Source: Chiloscyllium plagiosum (lineage: Eukaryota). From it: DNA of 64,000 nt. The stretch covers positions 72,695,226-72,759,225 of the forward strand of contig NC_057711.1 of assembly GCF_004010195.1 (NCBI RefSeq), in the 5' to 3' direction. The position numbers and the translations under genes are program-made. Position 1 is the stretch's first letter; each line of letters starts with the position of its first letter. The notes below the pieces were generated by a model. It was not told the origin of the DNA. It saw nothing but the letters and a program-made list of their open reading frames with translations, and did not search any database. Below, piece after piece: positions 25,889-39,849 of the stretch.

Positions 25889-25988
25889 AAAGGCAAAGAA
25901 TGCTGGAGAAACTCAGCAGGTCTGGCAGCATCTGTGAAGAGAGAAACAACATTAATGTTTTGAGGTTGGAATGACCCTTCTTCAGAAA
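25889..25988 (-). mobile_element. Old PLE terminal fragment
   Basis: Minus strand tctgaagaagggtcattcc...aaaacatt...cagatgctgccagacctgctgagtttctccagc. Confidence 0.6.
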
Positions 25989-27135
25989 GGAAAGGTGTTG
26001 GAGAATGGTTTTCTTTATTATGTTTGAGGCAGGGGAGGGAAAAAAGGAGCAGGTGGTGTAGAGACACAGAGCAAAAGACTGTTTCGCAATTGTAAACTGA
26101 GAAACAAAGGAATTATTAATGGTGGTGAAAGAGGAAAAAAAAGCAAATGCTGGAAATTAGAATGCAAAAAGTTGAGAATGGAATAAAGTTGAGTACAGAG
26201 AGCAAAGTGAAAAAGGCAAACAAGACAAGACTGGGGAGTAGAGGAATATAAGAAAAATGGAGCACAGATATTATGCAGTCAGGCTCTGGTGTTGTGGAAT
26301 TCTATATTGAAACCCGGAGCCTATAATATGTCTAAGAGGAAAATAAAATGTTCCTCAAATTTGTGTTGTCCACATTCAATACAAAACTTTGGCATTTTAC
26401 AAGTTCTGGCCTTTATGAGGTGTGAACAAGTTGAATAAAAATATTTGATAAGTCTATAGCTTTACAGTGTTTTTAGTTCACATTTGAATCTATTTTTGAC
26501 ATAGGCCACGTTTCTCTGTATTTCGGGTTACAGACATGCATTCATGTGGGAATTGGGCCTCCTTGGCTATCACAAAGCTCCATCTAACATAAATTTGTGA
26601 GTGGATCCCTTGAGTTTTAACTCATGGGCTTTCCTTTGTAGCAATTCTCACTGGAGTCTGTGAAACAATCCACCGTGTGTATCACTTTGCGATGAGACAT
26701 TTGGATGCACATGTTATTGCTTATTATTGTCAATTCTTTCTCTCACCCTTGCAATAAAACTAAATGGATATTTTTGCTTACATCACCTTATGCTCGTAAC
26801 TGGTTGGCATCCTTCCATCTGTAAGAGGTTACAGGAATAAGACTTTGGAACCTTGCTGAGCTCATCACCAAATACCTTCATTCTGTCGATCTGATCAGAC
26901 TATTTGTTCCTGGTAATCGCGTCTCCTCCAGTAACTTTGTTACATTTTCCCTTCCAATGGAGTGGGGGGAGCAGAGAGAATGGAAGACCTGTCTTCTCAA
27001 CCTAACAGTCAGTTGGTACCGCGTCCACCAAAGCTCTGACTGCCCCACAGCAATGTTGGTCAGCAATAAATCTGAATAGATTCAAAGTGGGACAGAATGG
27101 CCCTTCCCAAACAAGAAATCCTGCCATAGACAGCT

Positions 27136-27269
27136 CTATTCTTGATGAAGGGCTTTTGCCTGAAAGATCGATTTTCCTGCTTCTCGGATGCTGCCTGCCC
27201 TGCTGTGCTTTTCCTGCACCACTCTGACCTAAACTCTGGTTTCCAGCATCTGCAGTCCTCACTTTTGCC
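27136..27269 (+). mobile_element. PLE-terminus mini-element with degenerate hammerhead
   Basis: TSD tagacagct (27127-27135 and 27270-27278). Core ttgatga-a-gggc-tttt-gcct-gaaa-ga-tc. Confidence 0.78.
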
Positions 27270-27499
27270 TAGACAGCTGCTGTCCAATCTAATTGGACAG
27301 CTGCAGTGTGGCTTCAGCAGTATTAAAAGAGTATGGTGATTGTTGCTGAGCTTGCCAACACTCCAGGAGGAAGAGAAGATGTCTCCCAGACTTCAGGTAA
27401 GGCTCATAATTAATTGGCCACTTAAGTAAGTTTAGTAAGGGAGCAAGGTGCAGCTCTCTGCAACCCAGAGTGTGAGTCTAAAACGCTGTATTCCAGAGA

Positions 27500-28880
27500 A
27501 AGGTAGAAAATAGGAGCAGAAACAAGCCCTTCAACCCTTCAAGCCTACTCAGAAATTCAACATGGCTGATCATCCAGCTCTGTTCCTGTACTTTTTCCAT
27601 ACCCTTTGCTCTAAAAACTATATTTAATTCCTTTTTGAAAACCTTCCATGCTTTGGCCTCAATCGCTTTCTGTGGCAGAACTTCCACATGTTTGCTGCTC
27701 TCTGGGTGAAGAAATTTATCCTCAACTCAGTCCTAAATGGCCTGTATCCTTAAATTGTGCCTCCTGGTTCTGAAAATCTCTATCATCAGGAACATCCTTT
27801 CTTCATTTGCCCTATTTAGTTTTGTTTGAATTTTATAGGTTTCGATGGGATACCCCCTCATTGTTCTAAACTCCAGTGAAAAGTTTTAATCATCATATGC
27901 AGGTCCTGGGATTACAGGAATCAGTCCAGTAAACCTGTGTTGTACTCCTTCCATAAGCAGAAAATCTTTCTTCAGATAAGGAAACCAAAACTGCACACAA
28001 TACTCTAAGTGTGATCTTACCAAGGTCCTGTACAATTGTAACAATATATCCTCATTCCTGTAGTCAAATCCTCTTGCTATGAAGGCCAACATATACCATT
28101 TCCCTTCACAGCTCCTGTTGCATTTACATGCTTACTTTCAGTGACTGTTGTACAAGGACACCCAGATCTCACTCTTTCCCAATCACCATTCAGATAATAA
28201 TCTGCCTTCCTGTGTTTTCTACAAAAGTGGATAACTTCAAACTTATCGACATTGTACTTTACCTGCCATGCATTTGTCCACTCACTCAAAGTGTTCAAAT
28301 CACAATAAAGCATCTGTGCAGTTTCCTCACAGCTCACCCCCACTCCCACCCAGCTTATGCCATCTAAAAAACTTGAAGATATTACATTTAGTTCTTGCTT
28401 CTAAATAATTAATATATATATTGTGAGTAGCTGGGATCCAAACATTGACCTCCACGGTATCCCGCTAGTCACTGCCTGCCGTTCTGAAAAAAAATGCTGT
28501 TTTTTCCTACAGTTTGATTCCTGTTTGCCAGCCTGTTCTCTCTCCATGTCAGTACACAACTCCAGTCCCATGTGCTCGAATTCTGCATGATAATCTTTTA
28601 TGTGGAACCTTATTGAGAGCCTTCTGAATATCCAATGGCTTCCCCTTATCAATGCTACTAGTTACATCCTCAAAACATTTCAGTAGATTTGTCAAAAGTG
28701 ATTTCCCTTTCATAAATTAATTCTGGACCCTAGGATTTTCCCAACTTCTGATGTCTGTCTAACCAGTCAATAATTCCTTGTTTTCACTCTACCTCATTTT
28801 TTTTTAAAATAGTAGAATTTCATTAGCTACCCTCCAATCCACAAGAACTGTTCCGGAGTCTACAGAAAGGGCCACTTTTC
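27500..28880 (-). mobile_element. CR1-type LINE RT and 3' fragment
   Basis: ORFs 27886-28092 (LYRTLVRSHLEYCVQFW) and 28077-28349 (WQVKYNVDKFEVIHF). Confidence 0.85.
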
Positions 28881-28916
28881 CCATTTTATTTTTGTGCTTG
28901 ATAGGAATGAACAATT

Positions 28917-29450
28917 AGAGTCATAGAGTTATATAACACGGAAACAGACCCTTCGGTCCAACCAATCCATGTCGAAGCTTATCCCAACCTAAACTAGGCG
29001 GAAGTGGGTACTGCAGATGCTGGAGATTAGAGTCAAGATTAGAATGGTTCTGGAAAAGCACAGCAGGTCAAACAGCACCCGAGGAGCAGGAAAATCGATG
29101 CTTTGGGCAAAAGCCCTCTAGTCCCACCTACCTGCTCCTGGCCCATATCCCTCCAAACCTTTTCTATTCATGTATCTGTCCGGATGTCTTTTAAATTGTA
29201 ATTGTTGTAATTATACACACATCGACCACTTTCTCAGGAAGATCATTCCACATGCGAACCAGCCTCTGTGTAAAAAAAGGTCTCTGCTCTTTTTTATTAA
29301 ATCTCTCTCCTCTCAGCTTAAAAATATGCCCCCTAGTATTGAAATTCCCCCAACCCAGGGAAAAGACAACTACCATTAACTCTACCTACACCTCTCATTA
29401 TTTTATGAACTTGCGTCAGATCACCTCTCAACCTCCTACACTCCAGTGAA
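28917..29450 (-). mobile_element. CR1 3' fragment with a nested PLE mini-element (about 28998-29117)
   Basis: Reverse tail tagagtcatagag. Insert ggcggaagtgggtactgcagatgctggag...gggcaaaagccct is bounded by ctag. Confidence 0.8.
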
Positions 29451-29497
29451 TTGTTGCAGTTCTCTCTTAAATGTTCATTATTTTTTCTACTACCTAT

Positions 29498-29858
29498 GGG
29501 TGACATGGTGGCACAGTGGTTAGCACTGCTGCCTCACAGTGCCAGGGATCTAGATTTGATTCTAGCCTCAGGCAACTGTATGTGTGGAGTTTGGAAGTTC
29601 TTTCCATGTCTGCATGGGTTTCCTCCAGGTGCTCTGGTTTCCTCCCACAATCCAAAGATGGGCAGGTTAGGTGTATTAGCGATGTTAAATTGCCATAGTG
29701 GCCAGGGGTGTGCAGGTTAGGTGGATTATTCATGGGAAATGAAGGATTACCAGGATGAGGTGGGGGGGATCTGGGTGGAATGTTATTTGGAGGGTCAGTG
29801 TGGACTCAATGGGCTGAATGGTCTGCTTCCACACAGTAGGGATTCTACGATTCTATGA
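29498..29858 (+). mobile_element. HE1-type V-SINE
   Basis: tRNA head ggtggcacagtggttagcactgctgcctcacag, V-domain and (attctatg)-like tail. Confidence 0.88.
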
Positions 29859-29939
29859 CCTTCGCCCTTTTAAGTAACAGTCCACCATTCATCACAGCCA
29901 GCTGATGTTTCATGCCATTAATGTTTCCTTTATTTTGAT

Positions 29940-30460
29940 TCAGGACCTGAGTCTCAGAATCATCTCTGTCATTGGCCAATCTTGAAGAAGAATTTGTTCC
30001 CCAAGGAACTTTGTACAGCTAGATTGCCAATTATTTCTTTATCATTCCACAAAACCCAGTCTTGGATGGCTTGTTCTCTATTTAGTTGCTCAATATCTTG
30101 ATCCAGAAAACTATCTTGTACACACTCCAGGAATTCCTCCTCCATGGCATTGTTTCTAATTTGATTTGCCAAATCTATATACAGATAAAAGTCATCCCTA
30201 ATGAGAGCTGTATCTTTGTTGTTTGTGTTGAATTTCCTGTTTAATGCCTTCCCCAATGCTACTGCCACTATCATTTTCTGCCCCTTCTAAGCTCTACCCA
30301 TGCAGAGTACACATCACTGAACCCAATATCTTTCCTCGCTATTCCTCACTATCTCAAGTCAGCAATGCCACCCCGCCTACTTTTCTTTTTTGTCTGTCCT
30401 TCCGAAAACTACCCATGGATATTTCATGCCCATCCTGCTCACCCTGCCACCATATTTCCA
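29940..30460 (-). mobile_element. Old CR1 endonuclease fragment
   Basis: ORF 29969-30274 (EEEFLECVQDSFLDQ..EQLNREQAIQDWVL). Confidence 0.7.
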
Positions 30461-31337
30461 TAATCCATGAGATTGCTTTATTCCCTACAGATAAGGGAGA
30501 AATGCACTACAGTAGACTAGTGAAGTCTGTGTGGGTGGCTGCACAAAGGAGCATGTCAATATGGGAGTACTGAAAGCATTTGTGGTCTTGATGGCTTCAG
30601 CTGGTTTGGGAATTGAACCCATTCTGTTGGCATCACACTGCATCACAAACCAACGGAGGCTGTCCACATCAGGATCATCCTGAAAGGTGTGCCTAGCTGA
30701 TATCAGCTGCTGTTCACCTGCCATCATGATGTTCGCTTGCACTTCCTGGTTAATCTGATTAGGATTCTGGGTAATCCAAGATGGAGGACAGGAAAGATTT
30801 CTGGTTGGAACTGCTCCTTTTTTGAGGTATTTTAGGTGCTGGAGGTGATTTCCTCAAATTCCAGGAGCAGCAATTACTGTTTTATATGCTGTTACATTGT
30901 TTGGAACTTTGGAAAAAAAAAGTCAAAACAACAGCAGTTTTAAAAGGGAGAAGAACAGACAAAGGAAGCACATGGTGAGGTCAGTGCAGGAGAGATAGAG
31001 AGAGAATCTGCACAGTTACTGCCTTTGCAGTTTGAATTCATGTATCACTGGATATCGGAGTGCATCTGAGAAAATTAACGAACAGTGAAATTCACAACTG
31101 ATCTTGGAAGAACTGTTGGGCGAAGTTCACAGCACAAAATCAGATAAGTTAATCGTTCTTTTAAGTGTGGCCTACAGAGAATCTGCAGTAGTGAGTAGAG
31201 TGGGTTTTTTTTTGGAAATATGTCTCTTGATTAAACTTAAAATCTAAGCTATAACTATTAATTTAACCTGGGGCAGTGTTTTGTAGAGGAATAAGATGGT
31301 GTTATTTTCTGGGTCAGTAGATTGTGAAAGGGCAAAA

Positions 31338-32256
31338 ATGACCTTTAGTACAGTGATATGTACTTCTTGTCAGATATGGGAGTTTAAAGAGAGTTTAAGG
31401 GTTATTGCGGATTATATCTGCCATAAATGCTGTTGGCTAAAAATCTTATCAGATTGAATGGATCATTTGGAGAGATAGTTAGAAGCAATGAGGAATTTGC
31501 AACAGCAACAGTATGTGATGGATGGCAGTTATAGGAAGGGGGGAAAGTCTCAGATACAGTCACATAGATGGATTAACTCCAGGAAAAGAAAGAGAGGTAG
31601 GCAGCTAGTGCAGGAGTCTTTTGTGGATATACCCATTTCAAACAGGTATGCTGTTTTGGAAAATGTAGGGGCTGATGGATTCTTAGGGGAACGTAGCACG
31701 AACAGCCAAGATTCTGGTATTGAGACTGGCTGTATTGCGATGAGAGGTACATCGGCTTCTAAGAGTCAGTTGTGTTAGGGGATTCTGTAGTCCGAGGTAC
31801 AGACAGCGAAAAACCAGAATGGTGTGTTGCTTCCCTGGTGCCAGGATCAAGGATGTCTCAGAGAGGGTGCAGAATGTTCTCACGGGGGAGAGGGGCCAGC
31901 AAGAGGTCATTGTCTTCATTGGAACCAATGACATAGGAAGGGAAAACATTGAGATTTTGAAGGGAGATTACAGAGAGTTAGGCAGAAATTTAAAAAGGAG
32001 GTCCTCGAGAGTAGTAATATCTGGATTACTCCCAGTGATACGAGCTAGTGAGGACAGGAGTAGGAGAATAGAGCAGATGAATGCATGGCTGAGGAGCTGG
32101 TGTATAGGAGAAGGATTCACATTTTTGGATCATTGCAATCTCTGTTGGGGTAGAAATTACCTGTACCAGAAGGATGGATTGCACCTAAATTGGAAGGGGA
32201 CTAATACACTGGCAGGGAAATTTGCTAGAGCTGCTCAGGAGGATTTAAATGAGTAA
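31338..32256 (+). pseudogene. CR1 ORF1 (zinc finger and SGNH esterase), disrupted
   Basis: ICTSCQIW...YICHKC, LGDSVVRG, CFPGARIKDV, IGTNDI, DGLHLNWKG. Confidence 0.88.
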
Positions 32257-32369
32257 GGTGGGGGGTGTGGGACCCAGGGGGATAATGAGGAAAGAGATCA
32301 ATCTGAGACGGGTACAGTTGAGAACAGAAGCGAGTCAAACAGTCAGGGTAGGCAGGGACAAGGTAGGAC

Positions 32370-35171
32370 TAATAAATTAAACTGCATTTATTTCAATGCA
32401 AGGGGCCTAACAGGGAAGGCAGATGAACTCAAGGCATGGTTAGGAACATGGGACTGGGATATCATAGCAATTACATAAACATGGCTCAGGGATGGGCAGG
32501 ACTGGCAACTAAATGTTCCAGGATACAAATGCTACAGGAAGGATAGAAAGGGAGGCAAGAGAGGAGGGGGAGTGGCATTTTTGATAAGAGATTGGATTAC
32601 AGCTGTGCTGAGGGAGGATATTCACGGAAATACTTCCTGGGAAGTTATTTGGGTGGAACTGAGAAATAAGAAAAGGATGATCACCTTATTGGGATTGTAT
32701 TAGAGACCCCCCAGTAGTCAGAGGGAAATTGAGAAACAAACGTGTAAGGAGATCTCAGCTATCTGTAAGAATAATAGAATGTTTATGGTAGGGGATTTTA
32801 ACTTTCCAAACATAGACTGGGACTGCCATAGTGTTAAAGGTTTAGATGGAGAGGAATTTATTCAGTGTGCACAAGACAATTTTCTGATTCAGTATATGGA
32901 TGTACCTACTAGAGAAGGTGCAAAACGTGACCTACTCTTGGGAAATAAGGCAGGGCAGGTGAACTGAGAGGTCCATGGGGGAGCACTTTGGGGCCAGCGG
33001 CCATAATTCTATTCATTTTAAAATAGTGATGGAAAAGGATAGACCAGATCTAAAAGTTGAAGTTCTAAATTGGAGAAAGGCCTATTTTGACGGTATTAGG
33101 CAAGGCCTTTCGAAAGCTGATTGGAGGCAGATGTTTGCAGGTAAAGAGACAGGTAAAATGGGAAGCCTTCAGAAATGAGATAACGAGAATCCAGAGAAAG
33201 TATATTTCTGTCTGGGTGAAAGGAAAGGCTGGTAGGTATAGGGAATGCTGGATGACTAAAGAAATTGAGGGTTTGGTTAAGAAAAAGAAGGAAGCATATT
33301 GTCCGGTATAGACAGGATAGAAGGAGTGAATCCTGAGAAAAGTATAAGGCAGTAGGAGTATTCTTAAGAGGGAAATCAGGAGGGCAAAAAGGGGACATGA
33401 AATAGCTTTGGCAAATAGAATTAAGGAGAATCTAAGGAGTTTTTACAAATATATTTAGGACAAAAGGGTAACGAGGGGGAGAATAGAGCCCCTCAAAGAC
33501 CAGCAAGGAAGCCTTTGTGTGGAGCCGCAGAAAATGGGGGAGATACTAAATGAGTATTTTGCATCAGTATTTACTGTAGAAAATGACATGAAAGACATAG
33601 ACTGTAGGGAAATAGATGATGACATCTTGCAAAATGTCCATATTAAAGAGGAGGAAATGCTGGATGTTTTGAAACACATAGAAGTGGATAAATCCCCAGG
33701 ACCTGATCAGATGTACCCTTGAACTCTGTGGGAAACTAGAGAAGTGATTTCTTGGCCTCTTGCTGAGATATTTGTAACATCGATAGTCACAGGTGAGGTG
33801 CCAGAAGACTGGAGATTGGCAAACATGGTGCCACTGTTTAAGAAGGATGGTAAGGACAAGCCAGGGAACTATAGACCAGTGAGCCTGACGTCGGTGGTGG
33901 GCAAGTTGTTGGAGTGAATCCTGAGGGACAGGATGTACATGTATTTGGAAAGGCAAGGACTGATTAGGGATAGTCAACATGGCTTTGTGCATGGGAAATC
34001 ATGTCTCACAAACTTGATTGAGTTTTTTGATGAAGTAACAAAGAGGATTGATGAGGGCAGAGTGGTAGATGTGATCTATATGGACTTCAGTAAGGCAATC
34101 GAAAAAGATCCCCATGGGAGACTCATCAGCAAGGTTAGATCTCACGGAATACAGGGAAAACTAGGCATTTGGATATAGAACTGGTTCAAAGGTAGAAGAC
34201 GGGGGGTTGTGATGGAGGGTTGTGTTTCAGACTGGAAGCCTGTGACCAGTGGAGTCCCACAAGGATCGGTGCTGGGCCCTCTACTTTTTGTCTTTTACAT
34301 AAATGATTTAGATGTGAGCATAAGAGGTACAGTTAGTAAGTTCGCAGGTGACACCAAAATTGGAGGTGTAGTGGACAGCGAAGAGGGTTACCACAGATTA
34401 CAACAGGATCTTGACCAGATGGGCCAATGGGCTGAGAAGTGACAGATGGAGTTTAGTTCAGATAAATGCGTGGTGTTGGGAAAGCAAATCTTAGCAGGAC
34501 TTATACACTTCATGTAAGGGCCTAAGCAGTGTTGCTGAATAAAGAGACCTTGGAGTGCAGTTTCATAGCTCCTTGAAAGTTGAGTCGCAGATAGATAGGA
34601 TAGTGAAGAAGGTGTTTGGTATGCTTTCCTTTATTAGTCAGAGCATTGAGTACAGGAGTTAGGAGGTCATGTTGCAGCTGTACAGGACATTGGTTAGGCC
34701 ACTGTTGGAATATTGCATGCAATTCTGGTCTCCTTCCTATTGGAAAGATGTTGTGAAATTTAAAGGGTTCAGAAAAGATTTACAAGGATGTTGCCAGGGT
34801 TGGAGGATTTGAGCTATACGGAGAGGCTGAACAGGCTGGGGCTGTTTTCTTTGGAGCGTCAGAGGCTGAGGGGTGACCTTATAGAGGTTTACAAAATTAT
34901 GAGTGGCATGGATAGGGTAAATAGGCAAAGTCTTTTCCTTGGGGTCGGGGAGTCCAGGACTAGAGAGCATAGGTTTAGGGTGAGAGGGGAAAGATCTAAA
35001 CGAGACCTACAGGGCAACATATTCACGAGGAGGGTGGTGTATGTATGGAATGAACTGCCAGAGGAAGTGGTGGAGGCTGGTACAATTGCAACATTTAAGA
35101 GGCATTTGGATGGGTACATGAATAGGAAGCGTTTGGAGGGATATGGGCCGGGTTCTGGCAGGTGGGACTAG
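32370..35171 (+). pseudogene. CR1 ORF2 (APE endonuclease and reverse transcriptase), disrupted
   Basis: YFNARGL, VGDFNFPNIDW, KSPGPD, QHGFVHGKSCLTNL, GVPQGSVLGP, FAGDTK. Multiple stops and frameshifts. Confidence 0.92.
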
Positions 35172-36440
35172 ATTGGGTTGGGATATCTGGTCGGTATGGA
35201 CGGGTTGGACCGAAGGGTCTGTTTCATGCTGTACATCTCTATGACTCTATGACTCTATGACAAAGACATAACAAAGAGACCAGAACTATGTTCACCTCTT
35301 ACTGTATTGTTGGCTGTTTGAGCGCAGTGATAAAGCAATGGTATGCAAGTCATACCTGCCTCTAGCAACCATTGACTGGTCTGCTCGAAGCAGCTCTCCA
35401 TGAGAATAGCTAGTGTTTCAATGGAGGAAACCATGTGAGGGAGGCATTCCACCCATTGCCAGGACAGACTTTACTGTCCTTGTCAGGGTATGTACTTTGG
35501 AATTTGTTCCAGATCTTTACATATCTCCCACTGTACATCCCTATCTGCTGCCATATCATCACTCTAGAAGCTCCTGATTGGTTTGGGATTCAACTTTGAG
35601 CAGCAGTGGCAAAGTCTTCTGAGGGTTAAATTCCATATCTGACACAACCTCCAGCATCTGTAATGCGATTATCTGACATTTATCCCAATATATTCTTCTG
35701 ACAGATACAATCTCACAGAGGTGTAGGTATATGAATGGGTTGGCTGTGCAGCACAAGAATGGGGCAGGAGACTCCTAATATTGTGTTCCTCTTCCTCAGA
35801 AAATGGAAGAAACCTAGTCCAATGCCAAAAATTGAACCATTGTCAATTCTTATCAAAACCCATCTGCTACACTAATCCCTTCAGAGAAAGAAATCTGCCA
35901 TACTTACTTGGTCTGAATCAAAGGGGAATCCAGATCAATGTATTTGACTCTTAAATGCCCACTGAAATGGTTTAACATGGCACTCACTTTGAAAGCAACA
36001 AGGCATGGGCAATAAATGCTGGCCTTGATAGTGACATTTTTATTCCATACAAGAATAAAACAAAACTTTAGTGCTGGCTAAGAATTTAGTGGTGCCAGTA
36101 CTTCAATGCCCAATTCTCTGCCCTCCAATTTGTCTTTGTCCACTCCTTTGTAACCTTCAATGCTGTCTTACCATGTTGCAGTACCATGTGGTACTGCACT
36201 GAACAATCCCATTTTCTGCTGTTGAAATACATAATCACAATGTTCCTGGCTCTTTAAATGTAAGGTCACCCCCTACTTCAGGGTCATGGGCTGTCCTCAC
36301 TGTTGCAGGACGCCACTTTATCATTACTACACTGCCACCTCCTAACTGTCCAGCAACTCTGCCAATCAGCTCTTTGACTGGCTGATGTATAATTACATCA
36401 GAAACAATGCAGTGGATAACAGTGTGTGTCTGCTTGTGTT

Positions 36441-36726
36441 AATTTCCAACATATGACCTTGTCATTCATTATTAAACTCAACCTGTGCAATTATAAACAA
36501 TAAATGTTACAGTCCTGATCTAATCAAAAATTGTCAATAGTTGATTGATGAAATGTAGCTCTAAATTACTACGAGTCGGTAGGTTTGTAGTAGAATTTCC
36601 AACATATGACCTTGTCATTCATTATTAAACTCAACCTGTGCAGATTATAAACAATAAATGTTACAGTCCTGATCTAATCAAAAATTGTCAATAGTTGATT
36701 GATGAAATGTAGCTCTAAATTACTAC
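36441..36726 (+). repeat. Direct duplication of a 132-bp unique segment with a 21-bp spacer
   Basis: 36441-36572 equals 36594-36726 except for one extra G. Confidence 0.95.
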
Positions 36727-39700
36727 AATATACACAGTAGCCACATTTATATCATAATAAATAAAAAAAAGGGCAATTTAGAAATATAAAAACTGAATAT
36801 GATGGAATGGAATTTGTAGAGCTTGAATTTATTTAATTGTCATATCATGTCTCCATTGTTGGCAGATTGCTTTTGTATTAACGATATTTGGTAACTTAAC
36901 ACATTAGCCAATTTGTCCTTGGCAAAGACCCACAAATATCAATTAGAAAGATGTTGATTTTTAAAATCTGTTTTGGTAGTATCCATCAAGGGAAATATTG
37001 GTCATGGCACTGGACACTAGAAAACCTCTACCAGTTTTTCAATAATCCATGGAATGTTTTATATTCATCTGAATATAAGCACAGGGGACTTGAAGTTAAT
37101 GATATGGAAGATGAAACCTCTAACAACATAGCCCCCATTGCCTTGTCAGTCTGAGTTATGTGCTGAAATCATGAGTGGGCCTTGAACCCATAACCTTGTG
37201 TCTCAGAGGTGAGAGAGCTATCAAAAGATCCAATACTTCTTCAAAATGAGAGATCTTTTTGTCATTCATTCAGTGAAAACACTCACTGAAAATATTGTTC
37301 AGCTGATAATGCGCTGAGGCCCTTGTGGGCAGATCCCTAAGTAGGGTGAACTCTTTCCAGAATCTGCCTGCAGTATCACAACACTGCAGTCATCAATGTA
37401 TTACTGTATTAATACAGATTACTTCATTATGGATCATATATTATTTTCTGGTTTGCTTCTTCGCTTCGGGCAAATATATATAATCACAAGTTTAGATCCA
37501 ATATTATAATGGCACTTTGATTGCTCAGGCATGCAGCATGCAAATCAGAATTAAACCGTGCACTGAGTGCAGACAGTCTCTGTTTAGTGTGAAGCCCGCC
37601 TGTCTAGTGAGCAACTGTATGTGTAAGACCATTTCTATTCGTGTACACTTCATAGCATTATTCAACTTGACCTCAAGTGTATGCAGATAGCATCAGAAAT
37701 CATTGCACCCATTACCATCCATTTATCAGCCACAAATGATTGCCTCTCTCAAAGAAAAGTTACAGCTTAGCAATAAAGCATGTTCATCGATTAGATGGGG
37801 GTCTGGTTCCTCCATGGCAACAGCTGAATAGGATAGAAAATATGCATTCAGTTATATGCTTGTTATAATTCAGAAGATTCCAGCGGCTTTAGTTCCGATT
37901 TAAGAGTTATTGAGATTTAATCAATAGCAACTCTGGATATCTTGTTTGAAAACAGTCTGAAACAGGATTATTTAATTCCCCAACACCTATCTGTAGATTT
38001 CATAAAGTGAACTGAGTGAAATAATTCATTCAAATCATAAGAAAAATTTTACAGAGGATTTCAACTGCCCATAGTCTTTTTATTAACAAGATCATCGGTT
38101 GCATTAGCTGAAATTTTCCAAGCAAGTGAATGGGTTACATATGCTGGTTCCATCTGGCATTGACATCACCAGTTCTTATGAGCTGTAAAAGCGTACTGAA
38201 CTTTAATGTGACAGAACCTGAGCAACAAGATGCTGTTGCCTTCAACTTGCAGCTATACTGAATTACTATATACACACAAATGATATGCTTGTGTCTGCCA
38301 GAGAAATTATTGAAGAAACTCACAAAGAAATGGTGCTCAATAAAATGGTCAACTATGTCATGAACGGTCGGTGTAAAAAGTGTTGAGAATTTGCTGGAAT
38401 ATTTCACATGTAGAAATGCTTGGACTATAAAGATCAAGACTGTCTTCTGTGGTGTTTAAGTGTTATTATTCTGCCAAAATTTAGAGTTTGTCAGACAAAC
38501 ATCATCCAACCACAAAGGGATCATTCATTTGATACTAGTTACAAGGAGCTATTTACGGTGTCCGAAAGTAGATAGAGATATTGAAGAATGAAGAAATCAT
38601 CCAACCTAGATTCAATTCACTCCATGGTAACTGGATAAAACCATAAGAAGCAGCACATATCAATTTCCTTTGAAGTGGAAGGGAAATTTCTTTAAAATGC
38701 AAACCCCAAAGCCCATAGCTTCTTCATTTTATGATTTTAATATGATTAACCCATCACTTAGTCTTCAAGGAGATGTTCCTATCAGATGGCCTACTCTTGC
38801 CCCTATTTTCTGTGGGTCCTGACTGAGTGAACCAAGTGCAAAATCCAAATGCAATTAGCTCCCTGCCTCAAATTCCAGCTCCAGACAACAATATCCCTTG
38901 TAAGGGAAGGTTGAGATTTTGCTCTTGACAAATCATATTGGAATCTCAAGTACCCATTGCAATCCTTTTTCTCACACTGATTCTGCCAAGGTTACATAGG
39001 GAAATAAATACGAGCCTAGCTGACAGTGTTCAGGACCAACATTTTTTTTAAAATCTTAACTTCAAATGTTGGTCTGGTTTCTGGAAGGTACAAAAATATA
39101 GTTCACTGATCCCCAAACAAAAATGAATACAGAACATCATTCAGTAAGCAACTGAAAATACAGGTTAACATCTTGTGTAAAAATGTTTGATCAAATTAGT
39201 TTTTTTAAACAAAACTTAGGACATCCATTTGTTTTCTTCAGATGCCGACTTAGGTCCCAGTGTCTCTTCCTGTCATTTTCTGGTTTAATTTCAAATTTCC
39301 CTCATCCGCAGTCAATCTTTATGAAACGTTAGCTTGTTAAATAATTCTCTCTTCTTTTGAACTCAGCTTATATCCCTAACTTTCTCTGCACAGTATTTGG
39401 GAATCATATTTTCGGTGTGGAATTATAACCTGAGGTATAATGGACTCACATTTTCAGAATATCAATATTGTACATTGCTCACTACCAGTCGACAAGCTAT
39501 AGATCTTAGCAACTTGCATTCATGCAGCAAAGTCAAATCTCAACTTTGGAAATTGGGATTAAGTCTAGAAATTTTAATTGGAAATCTATACATTTCTTTT
39601 ACTGAGGTAAATTAACTTTATAAGAATAAAATATAACTCAACTTAAAAGATTTTTGAATGAAACTCAAAGAGGTCCCTTGATAACTCAGCAAGATTATCT

Positions 39701-39849
39701 AGTCTCAAGTTCAATCCCAATACATGCTTACCTTAATTAGACTGCCTTGACTAAATTTAGTGCCTTTGGTTATTGGAGTGTAAGATCATGTTTCCAAGCA
39801 TTCTCAATCAATCACCATTGGATATACCTGCATGGATACAGAATTTTTA

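Larger units (their letters stand above)
30770..35258 (+). mobile_element. Near-full-length CR1 LINE (copy A)
   Basis: 5' UTR, ORF1 about 31338-32256, ORF2 ending at 35171, and (tatgactc)n tail. Collinear with the reverse complement of 43800-48215. Confidence 0.95.

Noticed and set aside
29505..29570. tRNA gene
   Set aside because: tRNA-derived SINE head continuous with the V-domain. No complete cloverleaf.
36441..36726. CRISPR-like repeat-spacer-repeat
   Set aside because: Only two 132-bp units, in a eukaryotic context with no cas genes.
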